Part shown: positions 25,901 through 40,494 of the stretch, one piece after another | How positions within the stretch are numbered: the first letter of the stretch is position 1 | Layout of the letters: the number at the start of each line of letters is the position of its first letter | NCBI GenBank assembly: GCA_977020255.1 | Contig: CDROCS010001369.1 | Coordinates: 248,001-312,000 of the forward strand | Direction of reading: 5' to 3' | DNA length: 64,000 nt | DNA from: Obrimoposthia wandeli | Taxonomy: Eukaryota | Notes under the pieces: model-generated | Databases searched by the model: none | Told to the model about the DNA's origin: nothing | Seen by the model: only the letters and a program-made list of their open reading frames with translations | Made by a program: the position numbers and the translations under genes

Positions 25901-28900
25901 TTCGATCACCACATCTTCTTCTAGCTCCCACATTGCTTTTACTGTTGCTTTTTCGCGGTATTCATCATCTAGGAGTGTTGGACGCCAATTGGATTCTTTC
26001 ATGCCTTCTGCTTCTTCTCTTGGTGTCTCACTAACATTCTTCATCACTACACTTTCCCATCCTCATTCACGGTTTTACATATCTGTGCCTTTCCAATCGT
26101 TCCATTTCAATCACCTGGGTCTACTGACTGTGGTATCTATCTTGCACATTATGCCATCCACTTTGCAGGACAATCTTTTCTCGAGATCCATTCCACCAAT
26201 TGACGTGGGATCTTTAAAATGTGTTCTTCGAGAACTAGTTGAAATTATCCTGCTCAAACGTCTACAAACAGTCACTCCTAACTCACCACACCCCATTTTC
26301 ACTCAAACTCTTGAAGACCTTTCTGATAACCGCATCACTTCTGAAGCTTCACTGCTCAATATATCACGTCTTTTATCCTTTCTTTCACCTTCTCCATCTT
26401 TTCCGCATCGGACAACTACTGGAAAGAAGCCTAAGCCATGTTGCATTGTAGAGAAACATGAGAAACGAAACACTCAGTTTCCTACAAGATGCATATATAC
26501 ACGCTGCTAAAAAAACGGTTACCAACATCCTTCAGCCTTTGACTCCCACCATGTTCCTAAACATTGAAGATCTGATCTTGCATTTTACGAATGCACATCC
26601 ACCACAACCTGACTTCTCTCTCCTCCCATCTCTTCCACACCTTGCAGACTTTATTTCTGACACTCTCATCACAAAAGAAGAAATCATTACAGCTTTAGCT
26701 GCATGTGAATCTGCTTCTTCACCAGGTTCTTTTAACATTTATTTTAAATAATGGCAGACCATAGATCCACAATGCACTTTCCTACTTGCTCTCTTTAATC
26801 ACATTCTCATCAATCTCGAAATTCCTCCTCAATGGGCTTCCTTCAATACCATCCTCATCCTTAAACGCAACAAACTCTTCACCTCCACAAACATATCTTC
26901 CTGGCGTCACATTGTCACCACTGACTCCTCATACAGGCTCTTCACTCGCATCTTCAATGCCCGCCTTCTTAAATGGATTCGGGCTGGAAATCATATTAAT
27001 ATTGCTCAAAATGCACTTGGTCATCCTGATTCCTGCATTGAGAATGCCTTTAAGGCTCAGGCTCTCATCAATCACACCATCGCATCATCCACTCCCACTG
27101 AACTCCACACCTGTTTGCTAGACCTTGCTGATGCCTTTGGCCCAGTTCATCACTCTCATCTTTCACACGTTGTCTCTTATGGGTCTTTCTCCTCACACCA
27201 TTCTTCTTATTCAATCTCTCTGCACAAACTGCACCACTCAATACGATATGCTGACCCCCCATATTCCTGTTGTGAAGGTGGTCAAGCAAGGGTGCCCTCT
27301 GTCAATGATCATTTTCGTCTCGTCATTGACTTTCTTAATACGCTTCTGCTCACCAACTTTCCTGCTGTCACTCTTTATGGCCAATCACTTTCTGTGTTGG
27401 CCTATGCAGATGACATGGTTGTTTTTGCTCGCACAAACGCTCACTTGCAACTCTTCCTCAACAGCCTGGCAAAAGTTGCGACTGCTGCGCATCTCACCTT
27501 GCATCCTTCCAAATGTGGTTATCTTGTCACTTTCTCCCAACACCGTTCACATCCTCCTTCCACCACTTCTCAACCTTCTCTTCATCTTTACGACCAAGCC
27601 ATTCCTATGGTTTCCAGTGACTCTCTTTATATTTACCTTGGTACTTCATTCGGTCAGTGTAAAAAAGATGATCTTTCTTCACTACTCTCACAAGCACTTG
27701 AAGACTGCATCCACCCTTCAGTCTAACCTTCACCCAGCGCAAAAGATTCATGTCTTAAAAACCTTCATCTTCACCAGGTTTCCCTTCTACTTTCGCACAC
27801 ACACCATTAATAGGTATTTTCTTTCTCGTCCACACCCTCCAGGCTTCGACCAACGCCTTCGCTCGCTCCTTCGTGCTAGCTTCGAAGTCCACTTTAAGAC
27901 CCTCTGTTCCGTTCTTCTACACCTCCGCGGAACTCGGTGGTATTGGTATTATGCCACTTAATGCTGAATACATGTGTCAGTCCATCGTCTATGTGTTTCG
28001 CCTCTTCAACTCTCACAATAAGTCCACCAATGCAATAGCAGTAGCTGACCTTAAGAATGTCGTTTCCTCGTACTTTAACCTTCACAATGCACCTTCCATC
28101 ACGACTATTCTTGTTTGGTTAGCCTCCAAAGCAGACGTCAAGCATGACAAATAGGGGCGCTTCTCATCTGTCTGGGCTAGGTGTCGTAAGTCATATGCAA
28201 AACTGAGAGTATTGTTTGGTAACTGTACAACATTCACCATGAATAACACCTATTTTGATATTCACTTTCAATTTCAACAGAACACTTATACCTTTTCGAC
28301 GAATACCAAAAACGTTACCACATCAACACTCCATTACCTCATTCGCCTTTCATACCATCATGTCTGGAAGAACCAACCAGCCCAGGGTATCATCACACAT
28401 CCTCTTCGGTGTTCTGCTCCAACCAACAAAATTATCTTTCATACTGACTTGTCACCAAACGTCTTCTTCTTCCTGCTTCGAGCTAGAACTAACACCCTTC
28501 CATTCAACTACACTGGCAGTCAACCTTTAAGGGGTCTCTCCACTTCTTGCAGACGTTGTGGATTCAGTCACGAGTCTATGAAGCATGTCCTTAATGCCTG
28601 TTCGTTCAATAGTGCATCCATCACTCACAGACACAACGTCGTGCTCCAATTCCTTGCACGCAAACTGCAAGACATTGGTATTTTGGTTGATCCTGATAAG
28701 TCCAAACCATATCTTTAAAGGTCGTGCTGACATTCCATCAATTGTGCGCAACCAGCGATCCGATCTTGTCTTTAGGCATGCTAAGGGAAGTTTTGCCATA
28801 ATTTATGTGAAGAATCCGTTCGACGACCCAGCAAATTATCCGTCCATTGTTGCAAACAACCAAGACAAATACACAGCATATCCCCAACATCTTACCCACC

Positions 28901-30712
28901 TCAAACATGCCACTGTCTCTACACAAGCTTTCCTTGTCTCTTCTTTAGGTACTGCTTTAGAGCCCAATTTTAGCCTTCTTCAGTGGCTTGGGTTCTCTAA
29001 AAGGTTTCCCTTTCCATAGTTTTTCAGTGTTCTAAGTTGGCTGTCCAACAATCTCAACGCATTTTCATCAATCACATCACTTCCTTACTTCATCACGTTG
29101 CACCTCCAGCCTCATCATCTCTGGATCATATCACCTAGTTTTCGTTAGTCTTTATTCACACCACTCTCTCTACATGATCCAATGCTGTCTCTATTTCTCT
29201 TGTCCACTTTCTTGCACTCTGCGTTTTACTTCTCTTTTCTCGTCACTTGCTTTAATTTCTTTCCAGTCTCTTCATCTCTGGAACACATGTTTTCACAATT
29301 GCTTGCCATCGCAATCTTTTCTACACTCTTTCTACTGTATCACTTATCATTTACCTCTACTGCCTCTACATTACTTACCATAGCCAGCCCACTCTATTGC
29401 ACTGTGTCAAATTTTCTGTCACATTGCTCGCCTTCTCAGCTGGTTGCTGGTCCGCTTGATCCTGTGCACTGCTCTCCGTTTTTCATGCAGATTCTACGAA
29501 TTCCATTGCGTCCTGGATTTACCCATTGCAATTTACACTCCATCATGCCTGTCTTCAATCCTATCTGGATCTATCAGCAACTAGTCTGGCTGCACATCGT
29601 TCAATCTCTCACCCTCTCTTGGACTTGGACCCCTTTCTACTTGGCATAGGACTCGCCATCCTGTACCTCCTATGGAATGTCCTTTCATAATTTTGGTTCC
29701 CAACCTGCGCTGATTTTCATGAACACTCTAGTTACTCTCTCATTGTTTTTTTATTTGTTTCTTCCTGTGTCAACTTCATTCTCTCCTCTACGAGATACAA
29801 ATGGGTCACCCGACCGTTTTTACCAAGCGGTGCCCATTAATGGCACATTTGTTATTCAATATGTTATTATTATTATAATTGTAAATTATTGTAAAGTATT
29901 GAAGAGACTAATATTGTGAATTATTGTAAACTATAGAATTGAAATTTCGTGAATTATTGAATTTAATTGAATCGTAAATTAATTAAGTGTAAGATGTGAA
30001 AGCATTGCTGTAACGTTACTATTTGAATAGTTATTGCTCTGAATATAACATGAGTTGCGTATCCATTTAAATTCAAATACTGACTTACATAGTTTAGAAA
30101 AAAACACTATCTAAGGAGTTCTGTGAGAAAGGAGTAATATTAGTGAAAGGTCATCCAAATTCCCGGCGTGTTAGAAGCGGTGTAGTTGTTGTTAGACGTC
30201 TTACCCATTTGGTTGTTAGACATTTTTAATTGTGTTTTCTTAATAAATTGTTTCCTAAAAACCGACGAGTTGATCTATAAGTCACCAACCGTATCGACGT
30301 AAACCCCACTAATATATAGGTTGGCCGAGGGACAACCACGTTACGGTATTCTAAGCGTTGTTGTATTTGAGGATTGTTGTGTCCCAATATTACCGGAGGA
30401 GTATCGTTAGCGTCGCTTGGCTACAGCTGTTTTCCATATATTCGGTCTAGGTTGCTAACCAGATATTTCCTTACTTCAACGGCTAATCCCTAGGTCCACA
30501 TAACACCGCATTAGTTTTGGGACCCTACCAGTTATTTTGTGAACACACCACAACACAATAGTACAAAAATCCTTCAGATTTGAGACTAAAATTAAGTAAG
30601 ATAAACACAGGTAGGCCACATCCATCTGTAAGCCCTATTGCTACAGAACTCACGTTGGGGCCCTCCATACGAGGATCTACTTGAATAAAGAGTTTCAAAT
30701 AGAAACCCCAAC
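22997..30712 (+). mobile_element. LTR (~1.7 kb net) split by a non-LTR insertion
   Basis: Starts TGTTAAAATTAGG and ends agaactcacgttggggccctcc...tagaaacccaACA, matching the end of the 50020-52684 LTR. A 33-bp array (gtgaattatcgtaaagtattgaagtgtaatatt) resumes on both sides of the insertion. Confidence 0.8.
23835..29873 (+). mobile_element. R2-superfamily (RLE) non-LTR retrotransposon, NeSL/R5/Utopia-like, decayed
   Basis: RT: ITKEEI..SSPGSFNIYF, WRHIV..YRLFTRIFNARL, LDLADAFGPVHH, KQGCPLS, LAYADDM, YLG. Then GGIGI, RARTNTLP, CCHC finger CRRCG..ESMKHVLNAC, RHNVVL, and RLE relic RSDLV..IIYVKNPF..KY. Ends in a (TAT)n tail; candidate TSD TATAA (23830-23834 / 29874-29878). The 5' boundary assumes 23835-24800 belongs to the element. 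Confidence 0.85.
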
Positions 30713-31085
30713 ACAACTGTAGTTGGAAAGGTTTAAGATTTAGGAAAAATTACGCAAACAGAAAAATTAAAAAACTGAGAATGTTGCTATGAAATCTAAA
30801 TAAAGGAAATGCAATATATTTAAATCCTTATCAGGGTATTGGGATTATTGATTTTCTTAAGAATATTGTTGATAATGATAAAAATAAAGAAAATTAAAAA
30901 GTTTAAAGAAAGGATTTATTTGTAAAATTAAAAAGTAAGCAAGGATCGGACATATTTTTAAAACCTTAGGAGAAACCTTGTAAGAAATAAACATTAAAAT
31001 TTATATGGGAAATATGTAAAGCGTGTAACTCGTGTTTATTTCAGATATTCTCAAATCGTGTAACTAGTGTCAGTTTAAATATTTA

Positions 31086-31301
31086 CAGTCAGACCTCTAC
31101 ATAACGAACACCAACTTTTCAAAAAATTCCATGTTCGTTAAAAAAAAGAACGAACAATTTAATAAACTTTTATTTGACATGTATTTATTTTTTCCTAACT
31201 TGTTTTTCAATTCTTGGGTAGCAATAACGCCTTCAAAACAGTTTGTTCGTTAAAAAAAAGTGTTCGTTATGTAGAGTGTTCGTTATGTAGAGGTCTGACT
31301 G
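31086..31301. mobile_element. 216-bp MITE (Tc1/pogo superfamily)
   Basis: Perfect 26-bp TIR cagtcagacctctacataacgaacac / gtgttcgttatgtagaggtctgactg, TA on both sides, no coding capacity. Confidence 0.92.
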
Positions 31302-34300
31302 TATATATTTTTAAAAATTTTAATATTTGATTTGTGACATTTGGAAATTCTAAAAATTAGGGAGAATTGAAAATTGAACAATGTACATATGTTGAATACA
31401 CTCGTTTTTTTTAAAATTTATTTTGACAGTTTTTCCATTTTTAACAAATTTGAGCTTTACAGAGAACGACAAATAACAGAATAGACTCGTGGTTTTGGGA
31501 TAACCCCTGGCATATACACAATGGGTACTTGTTTTATCACATTATTCCAAATCGAAGCTCCAAATATTAAATTGAACAGCTGAAAATAGCGACAATGTAA
31601 ATATTAAAATGCCCAGAAGCTTAGATTTTCGAAAAGTCACAAAACTAAAGGCAACTCTAGCTGGATTGTTATGTGCCACTGTTGTAATTTCGGTAAGAAT
31701 AAGCATTTAGAAGAAAACACCCCAACACAAGTATTGTAGATAGACGATGTTACAGTTTTAGTGAATGTTTGAATATGTGTGCTATAGTGTTACGCATTTG
31801 GATCATATTTTGCTTTATTTTTGGACTTTCACTATGTTGGTATGTTTATATTGTTATTACAATGTTTTCTAAATATTAAGAAATACGGTTGAACTGTCTT
31901 TATGGTTCAAAAATATGGTACAAATAAAAATGTTATGCCTAAATGCTCATTTTACACATTATTTATATAAAGTTATTTTACTTTTTTATTATGGAAAGAA
32001 CTACTTCCCAAGAATTGCGAGTGGAGTTATCTAAAATCATAAATAAATTATTAATAGAAATAAAAGATAAATGTATATCGCCTGGTAAACATTTAGAATA
32101 TGATAATTTTGTTACATGTGCATACTCACAATATCAAAAAATATTTGTAACTGAAATCATTGAAGATATAATAAATTCAATGATGAAAGTATAAAACAAA
32201 AAAGTGAAGATAGGCGTCAAAAAAAAATTAGTAGACATAGTCCAATATTTAAAGTCTTCGTTGGTAAAAAGGCATGTATCTGTTGATTTTCTTGCATTTT
32301 TGGAAAGAAGTCCGTTAGATCATTTAAAGATCTTTGTAGAAACCAACAATGATTTATTTAATCATCAGCTACGTATAAATATATATAGGACAATTATTAG
32401 ATATTTAAACAAATCAATTTGAAGGTTTTTCCATATATTTATATCTTTTTAAAACAAAATAATGCAAATTTAAGTTTATGTGACATTTTTTTACAATTAA
32501 ACTATGGAAATCAGTCGAAGAATTTTCTAAAATATATTTTCTTTCAATTACAAACTCTCAAAGTAAAAATATTGGATTCATACAATTTTTATACATTCAT
32601 TTTAAAATAAGGGAATTTAAATTAGTTCACTAAATTTTGTATCAAAAACGTTCTTACCGAATTCACAGTCGACTGCATATAACGTTGTCAGTACAATCTG
32701 GACAACAAACAACTTTCGTACAACTACAATGCAATTTTACATTTAAAATTACAATACATTAATTTACCTTTCTAATCGCTTTATATATACTTCAATATGA
32801 TTTGCAGCAGAAATATAGTTAACTATCTCTCTGCACGTTACTAGTCGTGTCTTAATTTGATCCACAGATAAAATTATATCACCATTCTGAAATCAACAAT
32901 AATTTAGAAGTATTCGAAAATACTTGCCTGCAAACCATGAATACTTGCTGATCCATTTCTAAATATTTCCGAAACATTCATGCAACAATTATTTTCTAAA
33001 CCACCTTGAATTTTACAACCCAATGATAATTTTGTCCGGAAGAACTTATTCTAGTATATTTAAACTTATGAATGAAATAAAACACTTTGTTGAAAACTAC
33101 AGAAAATTCTTTCGATTCCATTTCAACTCGAATTTTTTATAGCATTTATTGGTCAAATTAAAACCTTTATAAATACTATAAAGACAATAAATTAAAGTAA
33201 ACATATTTATTTAAAATTTTAAAAGTTAAAATTTGATAATTTGTTAATGTATTATTTTATAAATAAATTGTTCTGTAAAAACTGTACTATAATGAAATAT
33301 TAATAAAATACATATAAAGAATATGAGTATATATAAAATATACAATATATTTTGACTAATAAAAAAATCTTTCTAATCTTCTTGAATCAAGAATTTACTA
33401 ACAATGTTAAAATTATAAAATTAAAACAAATTGATTTCTCACGTAAAATTAAAGATATGTATTTAACTTTAATAAGTTCTTATATTTGTATTTACAACAT
33501 TACAGCTTGTGAAAATTTAGAAACATTGTTTCCATATTTATTAGTGAATTATATTAAAGTTCAATTGACTTCATTTCCTATTAATTCACAAAACTATGTG
33601 TGTGTGCAATTTATTTCCTAAAATGAAACAAACATATTTGTTTTGAAATTTATACTGTTTTTCGTGATTTAGTAGAAAGTGATTTGGTTTTGATTGTATT
33701 GTAACTTTGAAAAAATAATAATAATGTACACAAAGTTGCAGAAATTAAAAAAGTTAAGTAAAAATGATCTTATTTTGTTATAAAAATATTAAAACTGTTA
33801 ACAGGAACTCATAGACAAATTTTAATGACATTTCAAATTAAATTCAGTTTACTCTACAGTTTTTGTTAAAATTTCAAACTGGGTAGACAAAAACATGTGC
33901 AGTAGGAAGAGATGGCAGGTTGACTGTAGCTAGCAGTCACAATCAGCAACAGAACCAGTTACCACTGGTGCACGACTGTCAACAGTCCGATTCAGAAAAT
34001 GGGAAAAGGAGCCATAGTCGGGAAGATTATGTCACTGGTGTTGCTGTTATTGTTACCAATTCAACCAGGAATTTTCGGGACAAGAACTGATAATTTAGTC
34101 AATTGTTCAATTGACCATCATCTAATCACATATAGAGGCAGCAGAAAATGAGACATTCGGTCTACAATCAAGCCTCTTTCACAAGCCATTTTCAATCTGA
34201 CTTTTTTCCCTTTCATTTTGGAGGCTTTTGGGTCTGCAAAGCCAGATATAACACATTATTCTAACCACCTGACGAACACATAACTGTGTGTAACGGCTCA

Positions 34301-36105
34301 AATGCTGGCTGTCGTGATCTAACTCTATCGCACTGATTGTAAGTATTTTGGTTTTAAATGGGATTCAAAAGGTATATTATTAATTTCAAAACCTAACAAA
34401 TTTATTTAAATAAATATATTCCTAAAATAATGAAATAAATATATTTAATATATGATAGCCCAATAATATAGCATACTTATTATTCAGACAGTTATACAAC
34501 AAACTACTACAGACATATAATCAACTCAAAAAACAAATATCATTCGTTCATTATCAGTACATCTTTTTTGAGATTAGGTCACCGACGCTTGTGATGGAGT
34601 CTATCTACTCTCAATATTTTAATTGTCAGTTCGGCCAATCAAATATTGAAAATGCTTTATTTTTATGTCACTGGTATGCTTCTACTTTGTTATGATTAGT
34701 TTTCATTTATTATTTACTAACGTTGCCAACTTAATAAATGTCCCTTGGATAGTACATTGCCATATGACTAATTTTTTCTTATCTCAATTTGTCTCCCTCT
34801 GTGTGTTTTTCTTGCTATATTATAACCTTATATATGTAATTGAAATTAATTTATTTTTATATTTATTATTAATGTTTTTAAAACTTATTTAGTTACATTG
34901 ATAAGAATATATATATAGCCTTAATTTTAATTGTTATTTCTTAATATTATAATTATGTGAAATTCAACATATATAGTATTGTAATTACATTATCATAAAT
35001 CCATTTAGCCTGCTTCGATTTTAGGATCGTAAGTACAACTCCAAATATTTAATTGATAAGAATGCGTGCTCTGCAGTTACAGATTTAATGGGAATGACAA
35101 AAAATAAAACCAAGTACAAGTTAATTGTATGATACATGTCTAAGTCAAAACAAATACTTCAAATTAATTAAAAACTCGTTTTATTTCAGTGATTGTGATA
35201 TTAGTCAAAAAAATCCAATTAAGTAATCACCATTCACAAATTATAAGAAGTCTTTGAATATGTGTTTGTGGCAGTGATGTCGATTATACTCATTGTATAT
35301 TCATTTGTTCATTTATATCCAATTCGGTATTCTCCTTGCCACATTTGGCCCAATTTTACTACTCATGGTTATCGATTTGGGAGAGGATCGTTCATTCGGC
35401 TCTTGTTCAACTATACCCTTTTAAAGAATTGAAGATTGCATTTTTGCAGTTTAATTCTTTCAAGTGATTGCCTGAAACAGTTTAACATAGTTTTGTGCTG
35501 TGTTTATTTCACATATTTGACTTGCCTAATAATTTCTTGACAGGCTTATTTTCTATTTTGTATTGCACGTGAGCATTTAACATTGAAAATTTAGGTATAA
35601 TGGACTAATTATCTACGTGACATCTGAAACATATTGTTTAACTAGCATTAATATATTTACCTAACAGTTAAATGATCAAATTGACTCATTTTATATGATT
35701 CAACATTGGTTCTCTTTTTTTTGATTCAACTATAAAAAATTTAATATAACTAATTTATCTATTTTATCATTAAACCACAATAATATGATTCGTTTCTCCA
35801 AGATAAATAACATTGCTTCTTCCCAACCTCTATATGGTAATCATAAAATTTGTTCAATTAGACTTTTTAAATGCAGAAAGATATTTTAAAAGCCACAGAT
35901 AAATCGAATCGAACATTTTACACTGATTTCGAAAGGTAAAATTGCGGTTGTCTAGACATTGCGTTGAAAATAATTGGAGATGTTCCAGGTATACTCGAAT
36001 TCCATGTGGATGATTCAACTGGCAGCTAAGTGATAGGTAATGATATTAAATTAAAATGATATTAAAGGGATATAAACGGGAGGAAACAAAATAATAATAA
36101 TTTAA

Positions 36106-36750
36106 AGGACCTGAAAGAAAAGCATGCATTTTCCAATCCAGTTGAATTGTTCGAGGAATTATTTTCTACGGAAATATATGATTTAATAATAAGATAAACT
36201 GTTAGGTACGCCAAATTATGTAAAAACAAAATGGATGTTTCAATAAACTTAGAGAACATAAAAAAAATTTATAGGTATAATTATATTTTTCGGATACCAT
36301 AAGCTACCGTCAGAACGAAATTACTGGTCAAATGATGAAGATTTGGGAATACAGGTTGTAAAGAATGCTATGACAAGATCCCAATTTCAAGCATTGAAAA
36401 ATATTATACATTTTTGTGACAATGATGATGCAGAAAACAATAAATATGATTGAGGGTTCAAAATCCGAAAACTAATATCAGCAACACAAAAATCGTTTAT
36501 GAAATTTGGGATGTTTGAAGAATGTCTTGCAGTGGACGAATTGATTGTAAAATATTTTGGCCACAATCCTTTAAAGGAGTTTATAAAAGGAAAGAATGTA
36601 AGATTTGGATACAAACTTTAGGCATTATGTGGTGTGTCTGGCTACTGCTACAATTTTGATCTTTATTTTGGTAAAGGCGCCACCGATGATTAAAGGGCAG
36701 ATCTTTTGCTGGGCTCCAAAGTTGTACTAAATATGTTGGATGCTGTAAAA
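36106..36750 (+). mobile_element. piggyBac (PGBD2/3-like) transposase fragment
   Basis: PVELFEELF, KLPSERNYWS, NAMTRSQF..IHFCDN, KIRKLI, LAVDELIVKYFG, KNVRFGYKL*ALC..GYCYNFDLY. Several stops, 3' truncated. Confidence 0.9.
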
Positions 36751-38184
36751 ATATTATTAGTTTAATATTATATGTGAATTTGTTCCTAGTTTAATAATAA
36801 ATTTATAATATACGCATAAGATTATCAAATATTTATATAAAGTTTTAATAAATAATGTTAATATATTTAAACTTTTGTTTATTTAGATATTTTTTTTTTA
36901 ATTCCGGTTTTAAAAAAATATTTAAATCAATCGAAGAGTTTAGACTAACAATAATTTGTTGGTATAAAGTGTAAATATATGTCAACTATACAAAACCTAA
37001 AATAATTCAAACGCAATGATAAATATTTTTTTTTATTAATTTTAACATAAATAGTTGACAGTGAAAACTCGAAATCTGTTTGAAAGATTTGATTGTTTTC
37101 TTAACAAAACATGATAAATAATGTTTAAAATATAATTGTAATCGTTAAATTTTAATTTTTAGAAATTTATTTAAAATTTACAATGAACATTTTAACGATT
37201 TTTATATTGTATTAACTAAATTTATATCTTTTATAATATATAGTTAATGGAGCATAACTTTTTTGGTTTTAATTGTCAACTTAGAAAATTTATTTAAAAA
37301 AAAATTAAATAACATAAGCAGAATTAATTCATTAAAGAGGATATATAAATTAATTAAAGTATATTTATTTGAACAGATGTTTCTTGTACTTTAAATTACG
37401 TACAGATTTTATTAGAAATTTTATATGTATTTAATTTTGTGATTCGTAAAAATAATAAAGGTGATTTGATAAATAATATGACAAATTATGAATACGACAT
37501 CTTTTACTAAAATATAATATAATAAGAATATAATTATAAAAAAATATGAACTTCAGGTACAGTTTGATTGATAACTTTTTTTGAAAACTTTCAATATAAT
37601 TGTATTATATATATTTAATTTTATAAGGTTTTTTAAGTTTTTTATTAAATAATTTTTAATATATATTTTTGACTACAAATAATATATTTTTAAAAAAAAT
37701 CAATAATTTTTAATAGGTTTATAAGTTCTGTTAAAATTTTAAATTTTAAATAAGAAATTCAAGTAAAAAAACGTTAAAAAGAAATTTTATTAAAATTTTC
37801 AAAAAGTTATTAAATTTATGATAAAATCAGAAATGTTACATTAAAATAGAACATTAATGAAGTAATTTAGTTGTATTCGTGATATATGTTTAAAAACAGG
37901 TTAAATAAAAATAGTTTTGGGTATACAGTAAAACTTAAGTAAAATATATGAAAAATTTCATAAATTTTGTTTGAAGATGAAAATTCATTTTTATTCGATA
38001 TTAATTAAAAATATTATATTAAAATATATTTGTTATTATAAGTAATTTTTTAATTTAACAAAAAATTCACATGTAAATTGTTGATACAGATTAAATTATT
38101 TCTTTATTGTGTTTGATGTCAATTTTAGAGATTTATTTTAGATTTAAATTTAGACTTTCGTATTTTATTTTGCACATTTTACAA

Positions 38185-38494
38185 ATGGATTTTATAATAA
38201 ATATGGATATGTTGATTAGTTCAAAACTTGCAATTTATGCCAAAAAAGAAACAGTTGGTCACAAAGTTTGCAAGATATTTGAATACATGTGCCACGGAGT
38301 TCCATGGATAATATTAGCTCTTTTAAAAATATTTCAAACCGAACATAATTTTTGGATTTTCTTTTTCATTGGTTTACTTACTGATATGGTCATTGTATTT
38401 TTTGCAAAAATAATATTTCGACGGAAGAGGCCATCAGTAAATAATGACGATATGCTTATTACAGTAGCCGTTGATCACTTCAGTTTTCCGTCAG
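38185..38494 (+). CDS. PLPP6: Host PAP2-family phospholipid phosphatase (PLPP6/7-like), coding exon 1
   Basis: MDFIINMD..HGVPW..KIIFRRKRP (motif C1)..DHFSFPSG, ending at a phase-1 donor G|GTAAAT. Confidence 0.85.
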
Positions 38495-39319
38495 GTAAAT
38501 GAAATTTATGTTATTTTCTTTTATGGTTGTCTCAAAACATATTTACAATATATTTCTTCATTATACTTAACATTGACACAATATTCATACTAATCAAAGA
38601 ATCGGGGATATGCTACCATTTTGTGCTTTTAAAAATAACTTCAATAGTCCATGGTCCCTGAAACGAAGCTTAAGTTCATTTTTGTACATTTATAAGGTGA
38701 ATTTAATTTCTTTTACTTGCTTTATTTATGACTAAAGAAATTTCTTGAACATGCTTCGGGTATGAAAACTTGCGCATAGGAGAATGTCCCCAAAATAGTG
38801 ACTATCCTTTTGTATCATTTCTGCTCAAGGCATCTCACGCTGTTCTTTCAAAACAATTCTCATTTTTTGTGAATGATCACGAACTCATCAAAGATGTATC
38901 ACTTTCTTCAAGTCTGGCCATGTTCCTTAACTCTCCTTGGAAGTGTCGATTTTGCTATTCTATGTATGCTGCATCACACCACGACTGACATTTATATACA
39001 GCATTAGAGATACGAGATTTCAGCATATAATAGTTAGAAATCTTATTTGTTGTAAAAACAATTATATTTTGATAAAATACACAGTTTTCAAAACATTTTC
39101 CTGTACCACAATGTCTCAGATTTAATAATAACAAAAATATATTTAATATAGAGCTATTTTATCTAATAAATCTGCCATGTATGACTCAAAGGTGCTTCCA
39201 GTTTTTCGCTATTCGTAATATTTTCTGAGGTATATTGAATAAATGTTTGGTTTACAAGCAATAACACAAATAAACAATCCCAAAACAAATATTAAATAAT
39301 TAGTTGGACCTCGATATAT

Positions 39320-39620
39320 TCTAATGGCATTTATTCTTCATGGAATGAAATCATGCAGTTTTTAGTGTATTTTGACGAAATCGAGTTCTATATTTTTAGT
39401 CAAGCTGGAAACAATTCAGATTTCCTTTCTATTTGTGTCAGATAATTCAATTTTTAGAGTATCCTACAAATTCTCAATTATATTGAGGTCAGATGAGTAT
39501 GATGACCAGTCATCCATGTACATAATTTCACTATCAGATAGAACATTTATTGTAGATCAGAAAGTACAGCAATCTGAGTAGAATTTATTTATGATACTGG
39601 TGATTCAGATAAAATATTTT
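39320..39620 (-). mobile_element. Tc1 transposase C-terminal relic (intronic)
   Basis: Minus strand DWSSYSSDLNIIENL*DTLK corresponds to WPxxSPDLNxIENxWxxLK. Confidence 0.65.
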
Positions 39621-40494
39621 GTAATTGTCCGAATTAAATTTAAAGAGATAGTTAATTGATAATCGTCTACCATCTGTTAACATAGCACCCTGAAACCTTC
39701 GGTCAATTTGAATAATGGACTAATCAGAAAATATCAGATTTTACCAATTTTCTAGATTCCAATTACTATAATTATTAAATCATTTCATCTTAGTTTGGGA
39801 TGCCCTTTACTAATTAAAGGAGTTTAGCTGGTCTAGATGTGAAAAGAGCATCTCTTTATTGTGCTTGTGGAAGCATTAATGTCAGAAATGAAATAATTTC
39901 TAACTGCTCATAATGTTATAAGAAGATTAATTCTAACCTTTGTCATCAATATTATTTCCAACCTTCCCCTTATCTTTCGTTTTCTGTTCGTGAGGTAAAT
40001 CCTTTAGTATTCTATTCAATAAGGACTTTTTTTCCAACATTTTACATGTAATATAATTTGGTACATTTGTGACATTTTATTTTGAGCATTATAATAAATT
40101 GTTGATTTGGAATGACTTGAATAAGATATCATAATTATACATATGAATAAAATACCCCCTCCCAAAGTGTGTTCTCACACCAACCGGAAGTGAATATGTG
40201 CGCACACCATCAAGTGCATGTGTGCGCACACAATCACGTGAATACGTCATACACGAAATAGTTGCATAACTTCCTAAGGGTGTCTTGCAACACAATAAGG
40301 GTTTGGCTGAGAAAGGTTATGAAGGTTTGAGGGTATGGTTGTGACCGTCTATGGATGGTCAACACACCTAAAGGGTTATGGTCGTCCATAGATGAAAGGG
40401 TCTAGTTGAGAAAGGTTATGAAGGTTTGAGGGTATGGTTGTGACCATTTATAGTTGATTTCAAAGTTTTAAGTACATGGTTGTGGTTGTCATAA

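Noticed and set aside
31900-33100. Short ORFs and possible minus-strand exons with ~45-bp introns
   Set aside because: Splice-like signals are present, but I could not build a coherent reading frame or recognise a protein family.
38600-39150. Possible hAT transposase relic on the minus strand
   Set aside because: Only vague motif echoes.
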